Positions 17,039 to 27,100 of a stretch of DNA of 32,000 nt are shown here, piece by piece; positions within the stretch are counted from its first letter, which is position 1, and every line of letters starts with the position of its first letter. A program made the translations under genes and the position numbers. The notes below the pieces were generated by a model. The model worked only from the letters and a program-made list of their open reading frames with translations, was not told the DNA's origin and did not search any database. This stretch comes from Acaryochloris marina MBIC11017 (GTDB taxonomy: Bacteria; Cyanobacteriota; Cyanobacteriia; Thermosynechococcales; Thermosynechococcaceae), in contig NC_009925.1 of NCBI RefSeq assembly GCF_000018105.1, positions 5,670,001 to 5,702,000 of the forward strand, read 5' to 3'.

Positions 17039-17329
17039 TGATATTGAGTGGAAATTTGAGAAGAATTTTAGAATCCTGCACTCATTTGTGGCGCTAAAAA
17101 ACTATATCTTGAGAGATGGTTTTCTAGGATTATATTTTGTCTCTTATCTTGTCTGAACTACAACAAACTTTATTTGACTTAATAATTTTGCCTAAAAAAC
17201 AAAAGTTTTTGTGGACGGTTACAAGGTGTAGCGTAGGCTCAATCGATATTGAAATGAATGTTGTTAAGCGTTAGTGAGGTCAAACTCAGAATTCAGGACT
17301 GACTGGATCGACCTGCTGGCAAATCCCTT

Positions 17330-19252
17330 GTGAACTCTATGGTGCGAACTATCGTAAATATGACTGGAAATTTGGCTCAGCCGTTCCCCTCTCTACTCGG
17401 AAGCTTTAGACGTCGTTGGTGGGTGCCCATATTGGCAAGTGCTAGTGTGTGTTTGGTTTTCGATGGGGCCGTATTAGAGCTATTTTCGATATCTTCTGGT
17501 TGGAATAGCTCGGGTCAAGTATGGGCTCAAGCCGTTAATACACAACCCCTTAATCCTCGCATCAAAGTCAGTATTAAGCAGCGTTTTGGTCGCAAACCTA
17601 CGGATAAACTGACGGTTGAAGCGCTTCCAGGGGACCAACTGACCCTTCAATTTACGACGGGTAAACGGCTACAGACCCTCACTACAAATAAAGTTGAGTT
17701 TGCGATTACGCCCATTCCCTTAAAGCAGCCTAGATGGGAAGAACGGGTGGTTTTGAGTGTTCATCGGAGTTTTGAAACAGCAGAAACCAAGGCGAATGAA
17801 TTGAAGACTTTGGGAATTCCGGTGGAAATTGCCCAGCCCAAACAGTGGCAGGTGTGGGCAAAGCGCGATCAATATCCCACTTCAGCCGATCGGATTCTCT
17901 TAATCGACACCCTGAAGCAACAAGGCTATGACAATGTGTTTCTCCATCGGCGACGGTTGCGTGACAAGCCACAGCTCAGTTTTGTCACCAATGGTACTCA
18001 ATTCAAACGCAGTATTGTCAGTATCACCAGTAAGAAACAGCAGTTTCAGGTGGGCGACGAGCTGCATTATGGCAGTTTAAGATTTCAGCCCAATACCTAT
18101 GGGACTTATACCTTGGTGAATAGGGTGCCAACGGAAACCTATCTTCGAGGGGTTGTTCCCTATGAAATTGGCTTTAATGCGCCCACGACGGCCATTGAGG
18201 CGCAAACCATTATTGCCCGCACCTATGCTTTGCGTAATCTGAGACGTTTTCAGATAGATGGATATGAGTTATGTGCGGATACCCAATGCCAAGTTTATAA
18301 AGGAATTGCTAAAACCGATCCCATTGTGGATCGCGCCATTAAAGCGACAACGGGACAGGTGCTAACCCATAACGATGAGCTAGTGGATGCCCTTTATTCT
18401 TCCACCACGGGTGGAGTGACGGCTGCTTTTCAGGAGGTTTGGGAAGGAACCCCTCGCCCTTATCTAACGGCAAAAATTGATGCCTTACCCAGGGGCACGT
18501 GGGATTTGACCACCCGCAGCTTGGCAGAAGAGTCGAATTTGAAAGCCTTTATTAACCTGAAACAAGGGTTTAATGAAGCGTCTTGGAAGACCTTTCGTTG
18601 GCAGACAGAAACCCCTATTGCTGAACTAAATGGGTTCTTGCGGAAATTTCTGCGTCAGACTAAGCATCCCTTGGCTAATTTCAAAACCATTCAAAAGCTG
18701 GAAGTGGTGGAGAGATCCCACGGTGGCAGAGTCCAGAAATTGCAGGTCACCACGGATATAGGTACTTTGGTCTTAGCCAAGGATGATATTTTACGGGGAT
18801 TTGAAGCGCCCAATAGCTTGCTCTTTTATGTTGAACCTAGGTATCGAACCGTAAAGCCTAAGCCAGCGGACACGACTCAATCCAACCCGGAATCGGTGCA
18901 GTTGACTAGTTCAACGCCAGTTGCTAAACCTCAGAAAATTCTTAAGGGATACGCTTTTATTGGTGGAGGCTTTGGTCATGGTGTTGGACTAAGCCAGACG
19001 GGATCGTATCACCTCAGTAATTTAGGCTGGTCAGCGACTAAAATCCTCAATTTTTATTATCCTGGGACAACAGTTCAACCCTTGAATGAAAGCATTGTAT
19101 TTTGGCAGCAGCCTTCTATTCCTGTGGTTCCTAGCCAAACAGTTCCCAATGAACTCAAGCCACAGAGCAATCAAAGTAACCGGCTGATTAGCCATAAGAT
19201 GCCGTTCCTGAAATCCTTCCAATGGGTATGGGATTGGATACCGTTTTTGTAG
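17330..19252 (+). CDS. SpoIID/LytB domain protein (peptidoglycan-remodelling family)
   Basis: 640 aa. It has an N-terminal TM segment, ETYLRGVVPYEIGFNAPTTAIEAQTIIARTYALRN, CADTQCQVYKG and LYSSTTGGVTA motifs. The start is a GTG at 17330, with an alternative ATG at 17339. Confidence 0.85.
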   Translation: MNSMVRTIVNMTGNLAQPFPSLLGSFRRRWWVPILASASVCLVFDGAVLELFSISSGWNSSGQVWAQAVNTQPLNPRIKVSIKQRFGRKPTDKLTVEALPGDQLTLQFTTGKRLQTLTTNKVEFAITPIPLKQPRWEERVVLSVHRSFETAETKANELKTLGIPVEIAQPKQWQVWAKRDQYPTSADRILLIDTLKQQGYDNVFLHRRRLRDKPQLSFVTNGTQFKRSIVSITSKKQQFQVGDELHYGSLRFQPNTYGTYTLVNRVPTETYLRGVVPYEIGFNAPTTAIEAQTIIARTYALRNLRRFQIDGYELCADTQCQVYKGIAKTDPIVDRAIKATTGQVLTHNDELVDALYSSTTGGVTAAFQEVWEGTPRPYLTAKIDALPRGTWDLTTRSLAEESNLKAFINLKQGFNEASWKTFRWQTETPIAELNGFLRKFLRQTKHPLANFKTIQKLEVVERSHGGRVQKLQVTTDIGTLVLAKDDILRGFEAPNSLLFYVEPRYRTVKPKPADTTQSNPESVQLTSSTPVAKPQKILKGYAFIGGGFGHGVGLSQTGSYHLSNLGWSATKILNFYYPGTTVQPLNESIVFWQQPSIPVVPSQTVPNELKPQSNQSNRLISHKMPFLKSFQWVWDWIPFL

Positions 19253-19289
19253 AGAGAGTTCAGAACGGTTCGAAAAAAAGATCTGAGGT

Positions 19290-20447
19290 TTAAGAGATAC
19301 GGGATACTGGCTGGGCTTTGGTTTCTGATTCTACGGAGACCACAGGAATATCTGGGGTGGCTGCTGAATCGGGTGATACCATCCGCAATCGCAAACTGAT
19401 CAACGCCGTTTTAATTACTACAGCCGTAGGGACAGCAATCACAACCCCGATCAGCCCGCCGGCCTTAGCCCCGATCAGAATTGAAATAAATACCCATGCT
19501 GGATTGAGCCCCGTCATGGTGCCTAGAATTCTGGGGGCAACTAAGTTGTCTAAAATTTGCTGAACCACTACAGCTGCAGCTAATAGTTTGAGGCCCAGCC
19601 AAATATTTTGTAGGGTGACCAAGCACGTTACCAGAATAATACCGACAGTCCCGCCAAACGGGATAAGCGCCATTGTACCAATAGTGAGGCCGAACAGTAG
19701 GCCAAAGGGTACTTTCAGGATTAAAAAGGTGGGTACGAGAACAGAAGTCATGCAGATACCAAACAGCAGCTGACCAATAAAGTAATTCTGGAAGCTAGAT
19801 CGAAGGGTTTCGGACACAGGCTGTTGACTTTCTTCTGGCAGCCAATCAATCAAACTGTCCCAGAGTTCATCCCCATGTTGGAGGAGATAAAAGGTCAGAA
19901 TTATCGTTACAAGGACATCGATCAGAATATCTAAAACACTGCTAACCGTTCCCAATGCGATATTGAGCAGACTTTTGGTTAAAGCTTGGAGTTGACCCTG
20001 GAGCCGATCAAAGGCTTGAACTGCCAAGACATCCAGATTGAGGGAGACCCCTCGTTCCTCTACCTGCTGACTGAGAAGGATTAGCTGCTGTCGGCCTGAT
20101 TCCAACCAGTCGGGTAAGCGGTTGGCCAATTGTTGGGCCTGATTAAATGCGATCGGAATCAGAATAATGCCGATGCCAAACAGAATGGAAATGGCTAATA
20201 GCGCCACAATAATCGATGCAGGCTCTCGTCGCAGTCCTCGCTGGACACACCAACTCACTGGATAGTTAAGGAGAAATGCCAGAAGTGACGCTATCACAAT
20301 AATTCCGATCAACACCCCAAAGTAATTGGAAATCGAAGCTAAGGTCCAAAAATTGAGGGCTAAAATTGGTGCGGCTAAGCCGATCATCAGTAGGCGAGAG
20401 GGAACAGATAACTTCTGCCACCAATGAAAGTAATTGGGTTTATCCAT
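19290..20447 (-). CDS. AI-2E family transporter (PerM/UPF0118)
   Basis: Polytopic membrane protein with the characteristic C-terminal VAPRILG...NP block. The ORF track extends to 20543, but the first 32 codons look non-native. I prefer the ATG at 20447 (MDKPNYFHWW...). Confidence 0.82.
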   Translation of the reverse strand: MDKPNYFHWWQKLSVPSRLLMIGLAAPILALNFWTLASISNYFGVLIGIIVIASLLAFLLNYPVSWCVQRGLRREPASIIVALLAISILFGIGIILIPIAFNQAQQLANRLPDWLESGRQQLILLSQQVEERGVSLNLDVLAVQAFDRLQGQLQALTKSLLNIALGTVSSVLDILIDVLVTIILTFYLLQHGDELWDSLIDWLPEESQQPVSETLRSSFQNYFIGQLLFGICMTSVLVPTFLILKVPFGLLFGLTIGTMALIPFGGTVGIILVTCLVTLQNIWLGLKLLAAAVVVQQILDNLVAPRILGTMTGLNPAWVFISILIGAKAGGLIGVVIAVPTAVVIKTALISLRLRMVSPDSAATPDIPVVSVESETKAQPVSRIS

Positions 20448-20558
20448 GCCTACTCTCCTGCACAGAGGAATACTTACAGCAAGGGAAGAATAATCTAAGC
20501 CAACCTTCCAGGTGATTGTCAACCACGAGGTCCCTGTCGTCAAGCTGTTGTTGCATGG

Positions 20559-21335
20559 TTAGCTTGGTACTGAAGAAGAAAGCGGGACTTCGATTCGGTC
20601 GCCAGGAGAAGGATTCAGCACTTGGGTGTCACAGCCGTTCTCTTGCAGGCGTTGACGAAATCCATCAATGGTTCCTTCCATACTCAACAATTTGTCCAAC
20701 ATGCCGCTGTATTCAACTTCGCCTCCCGATGCGGTGGGCAGAATAAATTGGGGTTGGAGTTTTTTCACCACCTCTAGGGCAAAGTCACCTCCCTGGATAA
20801 AGGGTCCCAAGAGGGGGAGTACTAAATCCTGGATGGGAGCAATAATTATATCCGCCGCTTCTAGCTGGTCAATGGCTGCAGAATGAAAACCATGGGGTTC
20901 ATAGTAGATACGACTTTGGGAGGCTTGGTCCATGAGCACTAAGGCATTCTCGACCAGGAATGGTCCAATCGGTGAACCGGGCAATGCCTGGACTTGGAGT
21001 CGGTCTGCCCAAGTAAAGGTTTCGCCATGGGCCAGGGTAGTGACATCGGTATAGCCCAATTCTTCCACGACCTTAGTGGCATTCTCGGAGGCCACGACCG
21101 GGATTGATCGGTCTAACTGCTTCAACGTGGGGACATGAGCGTGGTCGGGAAGTCCCTGAGAGAGCAGAATCAGATCAATCGATTCAGGAATATCAATTGT
21201 TTTGGCCCGCTCACCCTTGAAGAACCAAGGCTGATTCCCAAACACCAACGGCCCAACCAACCAAGGATCTAAAAGGATTCGCTGTCCGGCCATTTCGATA
21301 AGCCAACTGTTGGAATCCATCCAGGTTAAAAACAT
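20559..21335 (-). CDS. MBL-fold metallo-hydrolase
   Basis: 258 aa. SWLIEMAGQRILLDPW and LLSQGLPDHAH resemble the UlaG-like and UPF0173-like beta-lactamase-fold families. Confidence 0.78.
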   Translation of the reverse strand: MFLTWMDSNSWLIEMAGQRILLDPWLVGPLVFGNQPWFFKGERAKTIDIPESIDLILLSQGLPDHAHVPTLKQLDRSIPVVASENATKVVEELGYTDVTTLAHGETFTWADRLQVQALPGSPIGPFLVENALVLMDQASQSRIYYEPHGFHSAAIDQLEAADIIIAPIQDLVLPLLGPFIQGGDFALEVVKKLQPQFILPTASGGEVEYSGMLDKLLSMEGTIDGFRQRLQENGCDTQVLNPSPGDRIEVPLSSSVPS

Positions 21336-21630
21336 TGTTACTTTAGGGAACTTAGTACATCTTCTATGTTACGAAATTCCAGCTATCTCTTCACCTCTGG
21401 CTTAGAATCGGCTGTGAAGGATAAAAGACGTTCTTCTCTCCAGCAGGCAAGACGAACTAGCCTAAGACGGTCGCTAGGTCTAAAGATCCCTGACTCCATC
21501 AGCAAGATGTTTCCTATTCTCCTCAGTTAGCCCCACCTATTGAGTTAAATAGATTAGAGTAATGTAAAGAGAGGTTAAGCTGCTTAGCCCAATTTAGTGT
21601 GTTGATGCCCAAAGCGATTGTAAGTAACCC

Positions 21631-22815
21631 ATGCGCGTAATCTTAATGACTGGCAAAGGTGGGGTTGGTAAGACCTCTGTTGCTGCTGCTACTGGACTCC
21701 GCTGTGCCGAGCTGGGTTACAAGACCCTTGTTCTCAGTACCGATCCCGCCCATTCTTTAGCCGATAGCTTTGATATGGAGCTGGGCCATGAAGCCCTGGA
21801 GGTTAAACCTAATTTGTGGGGGGCTGAGTTAGATGCCCTGCTTGAATTAGAAGGGAATTGGGGCGCGGTTAAACGCTACATTACCCAGGTGCTGCAAGCC
21901 AGAGGACTTGAAGGGGTGCAGGCGGAAGAGCTAGCTATTCTCCCTGGCATGGATGAAATATTTAGCTTGGTGCGGATGAAGCGTCACTACGATGAGGGCA
22001 CCTATGATGTCCTCGTGATTGACTCAGCACCGACCGGGACGGCTCTTCGTCTCCTGAGCTTGCCAGAAGTGGGCGGCTGGTATATGCGTCGGTTTTATAA
22101 GCCTTTCCAGCGCATGTCTGTGACCCTCAGACCTCTGGTAGAGCCCTTCTTTAAGCCTATTGTCGGTTTCTCACTGCCTGATGAAGAAGTGATGGATGCT
22201 CCCTATGAGTTTTACGAGCAGATTGAAGCCCTAGAGAAAGTATTAACAGACAATACCCAAACCTCCGTTCGCCTGGTCACCAACCCAGAAAAGATGGTGA
22301 TCAAAGAATCCTTAAGAGCCCATGCCTATTTGAGTCTGTACAATGTCTCCACAGATATGGTGGTGGCCAACCGGATTATTCCTGACCATGTCTCTGATCC
22401 GTTCTTTATGCATTGGAAACAGAACCAGAACCAATATCGCCAGGAAATCCACGATAACTTTCAACCCTTGCCTGTTAAAGAAGTGCCTCTCTTTCAGGAA
22501 GAAATGTGTGGGTTAGAAGCCCTGGAGCGTTTGAAAGAAACCCTATATGACCAAGAAGATCCGACTCAGGTCTATCACAAGGAAACTACTTTAAGGGTGA
22601 TTCAGGAGCAGGGACAGTACAGCCTAGAAGTGTATCTCCCCGGAATCCCTAAGAACCAGGTGGAGTTGAGTAAAACGGCGGATGAGCTGAATATCAGAAT
22701 TGGTAATCACCGTCGTAATTTGGTTCTCCCCCAAGCGCTTGCTGCAATGCAGCCTGCCGGGGCCAAGATGGAAGAGGACTACCTCAAAATTAAGTTTAGT
22801 GGGGCTGCGGCATAG
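21631..22815 (+). CDS. ArsA/Get3-family ATPase with a C-terminal HSP20-like domain
   Basis: 394 aa. It has the P-loop GKGGVGKT and the [12 protein letters not shown] motif. The C-terminal roughly 70 aa ([38 protein letters not shown]...YLKIKF) have a beta-sandwich alpha-crystallin-like pattern. Confidence 0.88.
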   Translation: MRVILMTGKGGVGKTSVAAATGLRCAELGYKTLVLSTDPAHSLADSFDMELGHEALEVKPNLWGAELDALLELEGNWGAVKRYITQVLQARGLEGVQAEELAILPGMDEIFSLVRMKRHYDEGTYDVLVIDSAPTGTALRLLSLPEVGGWYMRRFYKPFQRMSVTLRPLVEPFFKPIVGFSLPDEEVMDAPYEFYEQIEALEKVLTDNTQTSVRLVTNPEKMVIKESLRAHAYLSLYNVSTDMVVANRIIPDHVSDPFFMHWKQNQNQYRQEIHDNFQPLPVKEVPLFQEEMCGLEALERLKETLYDQEDPTQVYHKETTLRVIQEQGQYSLEVYLPGIPKNQVELSKTADELNIRIGNHRRNLVLPQALAAMQPAGAKMEEDYLKIKFSGAAA

Positions 22816-22883
22816 CCCACCGATACATCGGCCCCCGCAATGTCATAAGATAGTTGAGCAGATTTTTTGGCTCAGAACCGTTC

Positions 22884-23627
22884 ATGAATTCATTGCAAGA
22901 TAAGGTCGCAATCGTTACGGGTGCCTCTCGAGGGATTGGACGGGCTACCGCTTTAGCCTTAGCAGGTGAAGGGGCCAAAGTCGCTATTAACTACGCCAAT
23001 TCTAGTGGTGCAGCGGATGCTGTCGTCGCCGAAATTACGGGTCAGGGGGGAGAAGCATTAGCCCTCCAGGCCAATGTGGCAGAAGCCGATCAGGTGGATA
23101 CCCTATTTAAGACCGTGCTCGATAAATGGGGGCGGGCTGATGTATTGGTCAATAATGCAGGCATTACCCGAGATACTTTGCTGTTGCGGATGAAGCCGGA
23201 AGACTGGCAAGCCGTGATTAATCTCAATCTCACTGGAGTTTATCTCTGTACTCGGGCCGTCAGTAAGGTGATGCTCAAACAGCGCTCCGGTCGAATTATC
23301 AATATTGCTTCGGTCGCAGGACAAATGGGGAACCCAGGACAGGCCAACTACAGTGCTGCTAAGGCAGGGGTCATTGGTTTTACCAAGACGGTGGCCAAGG
23401 AGATGGCGTCTCGGGGAGTGACGGTGAATGCAGTGGCCCCTGGATTTATCGCCACGGATATGACGGAGGGGCTAGGGTCCGAAGAGATTATCAAATTTAT
23501 CCCCTTGGGTCGATATGGCCAGCCTGAGGAAGTGGCCGGTATGATTCGGTTTTTAGCGGCTGATCCGGCGAGTGCTTATATTACCGGTCAGGTCTTTAAT
23601 GTGGATGGTGGCATGGTGATGGCTTAG
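22884..23627 (+). CDS. fabG: 3-oxoacyl-[acyl-carrier-protein] reductase
   Basis: [13 protein letters not shown] and YSAAKAG motifs, with overall FabG-like sequence. The ATG at 22884 gives the usual 247 aa. The ORF track starts 30 nt upstream at 22854. Confidence 0.92.
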   Translation: MNSLQDKVAIVTGASRGIGRATALALAGEGAKVAINYANSSGAADAVVAEITGQGGEALALQANVAEADQVDTLFKTVLDKWGRADVLVNNAGITRDTLLLRMKPEDWQAVINLNLTGVYLCTRAVSKVMLKQRSGRIINIASVAGQMGNPGQANYSAAKAGVIGFTKTVAKEMASRGVTVNAVAPGFIATDMTEGLGSEEIIKFIPLGRYGQPEEVAGMIRFLAADPASAYITGQVFNVDGGMVMA

Positions 23628-23658
23628 GCGATTTTCCTATCCCTAGAGATAGGATCGC
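23628..23658 (+). terminator. Hairpin immediately after the fabG stop; possible terminator
   Basis: GCGA-TTT-TCCTATC / loop CCTAGA / GATAGGA-TCGC. The stem is 7+4 bp with a 3-nt bulge. No U-tract follows. Confidence 0.3.
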
Positions 23659-23841
23659 TGTGGCGTCCCCCTTTATTGTGTAGTATTTTAAAGTGTTCTT
23701 AATGAAGTTGAGTTTGTTATCAAGCCAGCTTGAGGGTATTTGTTGCCCAGGGCACCCTTGCTAGGATCGATTAATTGTCTTTGGCACTATTAATCAGGAC
23801 AACAAGGCTGAATTGTTTATCTTTTGACTAGGTATCTGCGA

Positions 23842-24819
23842 ATGGCTGTTTCCGATCGCAAACTCCAACTGCTTGACTTTGAAAAACCCTTAGCTGAATT
23901 AGAGGATCGGATTGAGCAGATCCGTAGCCTCTCTGAGCAGAATGGGGTGGATGTTACGGATCAAATTGCCCAGCTAGAAGGTCGGGCTGAACAGCTTCGT
24001 CAAGAAATCTTTAGCAGTTTAACTCCGATGCAAGAGCTTCAGCTGGCTCGGCATCCTCGGCGTCCGAGTACCTTGGACTATATCCATGCCATTAGTGATG
24101 AATGGATGGAATTGCATGGTGATCGTCGGGGGTATGATGATCCAGCGATTGTTGGGGGTGTGGGTCGGATTGGTGGCCAGCCCGTGTTGATGTTAGGCCA
24201 TCAAAAAGGACGCGATACCAAGGATAATGTGGCCCGCAACTTTGGTATGCCTTTTCCGAGTGGGTATCGGAAAGCAATGCGATTAATGGATCATGCGGAT
24301 CGGTTTGGCTTGCCTATCATTTCTTTTATTGATACGCCTGCAGCCTGGGCCGGATTAGAAGCTGAACAATTTGGGCAGGGCGAAGCGATTGCCCTCAACC
24401 TCCGGGAAATGTTCCGACTCGATGTACCCATTATCTGTACAGTGATTGGAGAAGGTGGATCTGGGGGGGCCTTGGGAATCGGTGTGGGTGATCGGCTATT
24501 GATGTTTGAACATTCGATCTATAGCGTTGCGCCACCGGAAGCCTGTGCGGCGATCCTTTGGCGGGATGCCCAAGAAGGCCCTCAAGCTGCGGAAGCCCTC
24601 AAAATTACGGCGACGGATTTGCAAGAACTGGGGATAATCGACCAAATTTTGCCTGAGCCCCCTGGAGGAGCGCATGTTAATCCTATTAAGGCTGCAAATA
24701 TTATTAAAACTGCGATTTTAAGTAATTTAGAAGAATTATGGCGTCTTAGCCCCCAAGAGCGTCGCCAACAGCGCTATCATAAGTTTCGGAATATGGGGAT
24801 TTTTTCCCAGCTTCCTTGA
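23842..24819 (+). CDS. accA: Acetyl-CoA carboxylase carboxyltransferase subunit alpha
   Basis: [33 protein letters not shown] and [10 protein letters not shown] motifs. I prefer the ATG at 23842 over the TTG at 23824 used by the ORF track. Confidence 0.93.
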   Translation: MAVSDRKLQLLDFEKPLAELEDRIEQIRSLSEQNGVDVTDQIAQLEGRAEQLRQEIFSSLTPMQELQLARHPRRPSTLDYIHAISDEWMELHGDRRGYDDPAIVGGVGRIGGQPVLMLGHQKGRDTKDNVARNFGMPFPSGYRKAMRLMDHADRFGLPIISFIDTPAAWAGLEAEQFGQGEAIALNLREMFRLDVPIICTVIGEGGSGGALGIGVGDRLLMFEHSIYSVAPPEACAAILWRDAQEGPQAAEALKITATDLQELGIIDQILPEPPGGAHVNPIKAANIIKTAILSNLEELWRLSPQERRQQRYHKFRNMGIFSQLP

Positions 24820-25037
24820 GTATGCGCTCCATCTTGAACCAGTGGTATGATTACAGGGGCGCAACATTTGTTTACAATTAGCGTAAGCTCACGCGCTTTG
24901 ACTGCCTCTCATCTGCGCTGATAGCTTCAAGGAGTCTACACCCGTCTTTTAAGTCCCTCAATGATTTGCTCGTTCATCTCGCAGAAGCGTTTGTTGTTGG
25001 GCAAGTTTTTACCGAGTATTGATTTTAGGAATTTTGC

Positions 25038-25763
25038 ATGACTGCTCAACGGAAACTGCGAGCTCTGATTACAGGAGCGAGCAGGGGTATTGGTCGGGCC
25101 ACGGCCGAAGCATTTGCTGCGTCCAATATTGATTTGGTTTTAGTCAGCCGCTCTCAAGCTCAGCTGGATGAATTAGCGCAGACTCTTCAAGAACAAGGGG
25201 TCGAAGTCCGTGGGGTTGCGATTAACTTGTCTGAAGTTGGCCAGGTAAAGTCTCAGATCAGTCAACTTTTAGATCAGGTCGGCTCCATTGATATTTTGAT
25301 TAATAATGCTGGGATGGGGTATACCGGTGAGCTGATTGATATGCCTTTGGCTGATTGGCAAAGGGTGCTGGGTCTGAACGTGACCAGTGTATTTGAATGT
25401 GTGCAAGCGGTGTTGCCAGGGATGCGATCTCAACAGCAAGGCACCATCATAAATATCGTTTCCATTGCGGGGCAACAGGCGTTTCCCCAGTGGGGGGCCT
25501 ATTGTGCTAGTAAGTTTGCCTTAATGGGCTTTACTAAGTCCCTCGCGCAGGAAGAGCGTCCCCACGGGATTCGGGTGACGGCTGTTTGCCCAGGTGCTGT
25601 GAATACGCCTTTGTGGGACACAGACACCGTAGATGCCGATTTTGACCGTAGCGCTATGCTCAGACCTGAGAATGTGGCTCAGTCGATTTTACATATTGTC
25701 CAGATGCCTCAAAATGCGGTGATTGAGGAGCTTGTCTTGATGCCGAACGCGGGGACATTCTAA
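25038..25763 (+). CDS. SDR-family oxidoreductase
   Basis: 241 aa with [12 protein letters not shown] and YCASKFA (Y..xK) motifs. Confidence 0.85.
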   Translation: MTAQRKLRALITGASRGIGRATAEAFAASNIDLVLVSRSQAQLDELAQTLQEQGVEVRGVAINLSEVGQVKSQISQLLDQVGSIDILINNAGMGYTGELIDMPLADWQRVLGLNVTSVFECVQAVLPGMRSQQQGTIINIVSIAGQQAFPQWGAYCASKFALMGFTKSLAQEERPHGIRVTAVCPGAVNTPLWDTDTVDADFDRSAMLRPENVAQSILHIVQMPQNAVIEELVLMPNAGTF

Positions 25764-25824
25764 ATCTCCTTGTTGTCATCAACCCCCAACTCTTCTGTCA
25801 AATTTCCTACAATTAACTGAAACA

Positions 25825-26523
25825 ATGACTACTTTTTCTCCTAAACCTTCTGATCAAGCCAATTCTTCTATGAACTCAACTTCTAATAACGCTCAGCTTC
25901 GTCCCGATCGCAGCTTATCTCAACGGGCCAAGGAGAAAGAGACCCATCGTCAAGCCAGCAAAGAAGAGATGATGGGAGCGGTAGAAACGATGCTGCTAGG
26001 GGTTGGTGAAGATCCAGAGCGGGAAGGTTTACTGAAAACACCGAAGCGGGTGGCTGAAGCCATGCGGTTTCTCACGAGTGGCTATCAGCAGTCCTTAGAA
26101 GATTTGGTGAACAATGCCATTTTTGATGAAGGCCATGATGAAATGGTCCTCGTTCGAGATATTGATGCCTTTAGTTTGTGTGAGCATCATATGTTGCCCT
26201 TTATCGGCAAAGCCCACGTGGCATATATCCCTAATCAAAAGGTGATTGGTCTGAGTAAGCTGGCCCGTATCGTAGAAATGTATTCTCGCCGGCTGCAGGT
26301 GCAAGAAAGATTGACTCGCCAAATTGCAGAAGCAGTACAAACGGCTTTAGAACCGAAGGGTGTGGCTGTGGTTATGGAAGCCAGCCATATGTGTATGGTG
26401 ATGCGGGGCGTACAAAAACCAGGTTCCTGGACGGTGACGAGTTCTATGATCGGGGTCTTTCAGGACGATCATAAAACCCGAGAAGAGTTCTTAAATCTGA
26501 TTCGGCATCCCCATAATTTCTAA
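25825..26523 (+). CDS. folE: GTP cyclohydrolase I
   Basis: [34 protein letters not shown] and SHMCMVMRG motifs. It has a roughly 45-aa Ser/Asn-rich N-terminal extension. Confidence 0.93.
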   Translation: MTTFSPKPSDQANSSMNSTSNNAQLRPDRSLSQRAKEKETHRQASKEEMMGAVETMLLGVGEDPEREGLLKTPKRVAEAMRFLTSGYQQSLEDLVNNAIFDEGHDEMVLVRDIDAFSLCEHHMLPFIGKAHVAYIPNQKVIGLSKLARIVEMYSRRLQVQERLTRQIAEAVQTALEPKGVAVVMEASHMCMVMRGVQKPGSWTVTSSMIGVFQDDHKTREEFLNLIRHPHNF

Positions 26524-26629
26524 GTTGGACTGGTAGGAAAATGCAAATCTGTTCTCTCTTCGGGGCATACTCAGGGTTGATACGCTTTTGTTGAGGGGGG
26601 ATTCCTCCCATCTGTTGGAGTTATAGAAC

Positions 26630-27085
26630 ATGGGCAACCGTCGGCTCAAAAAAATAGGTCGCAAAGTTGCGATTTCTTTCTTGATTGGGAGTCTTGCTAC
26701 ATTCTTAGCACCATCAGTCAGAGCTGAGAAACCTGAACATTTGCAAAGGATTAAACAAACTCGAACCTGCTTTAACTGTGATCTCAAGAAGGCAGACTTA
26801 GCTAACATCTCTTTAAAGGGTGCTTTTCTGAGAGAGACCAATCTGCAAGAGGCTAATCTTGAAGGGGCTGATTTGCGGTTTGCTGTTCTGAAAAAGGTGA
26901 ACTTCAAAAAAGCTAATCTTAAAAATGCCGATTTCACTGGGGCAATTTTGCATGATGTTAATTTGGATGATGCAGATCTAAAAGGGGCCACCTTACCCCC
27001 TAGATATCGGAGAAAATCCAATTCAAATTCTAAGATTCGTGCCCAAGAATTAATTATAGATGTCTTAAAACTGCAGCGCCGTTGA
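26630..27085 (+). CDS. Secreted pentapeptide-repeat protein
   Basis: 151 aa. It has a signal peptide (...LAPSVRA|EK) followed by about 17 consecutive A(D/N)LxX pentapeptides (CDLKKADLANISLKGAFLRETNLQEANLEGADLRFAVLKKVNFKKANLKNADFTGAILHDVNLDDADLKGATL). Confidence 0.85.
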   Translation: MGNRRLKKIGRKVAISFLIGSLATFLAPSVRAEKPEHLQRIKQTRTCFNCDLKKADLANISLKGAFLRETNLQEANLEGADLRFAVLKKVNFKKANLKNADFTGAILHDVNLDDADLKGATLPPRYRRKSNSNSKIRAQELIIDVLKLQRR

Positions 27086-27100
27086 TATTGCAAGCAAGAC

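Noticed and set aside
19253-19289. Possible terminator between the convergent SpoIID and AI-2E genes (GTTCAGAACGGTTCGAAAAAAAG)
   Set aside because: The complementary segments (GTTC/GAAC) are only 4 bp with a 1-nt loop. No stable hairpin can form, so it was not called.
19290-20543. Long N-terminal extensions in the ORF track for the AI-2E transporter (to 20543), fabG (from 22854), accA (from 23824) and the protease (from 6733)
   Set aside because: The extra residues do not resemble the family N-termini. Internal ATG codons give proteins of the usual family length, so the shorter models were preferred. Start sites remain unverified.
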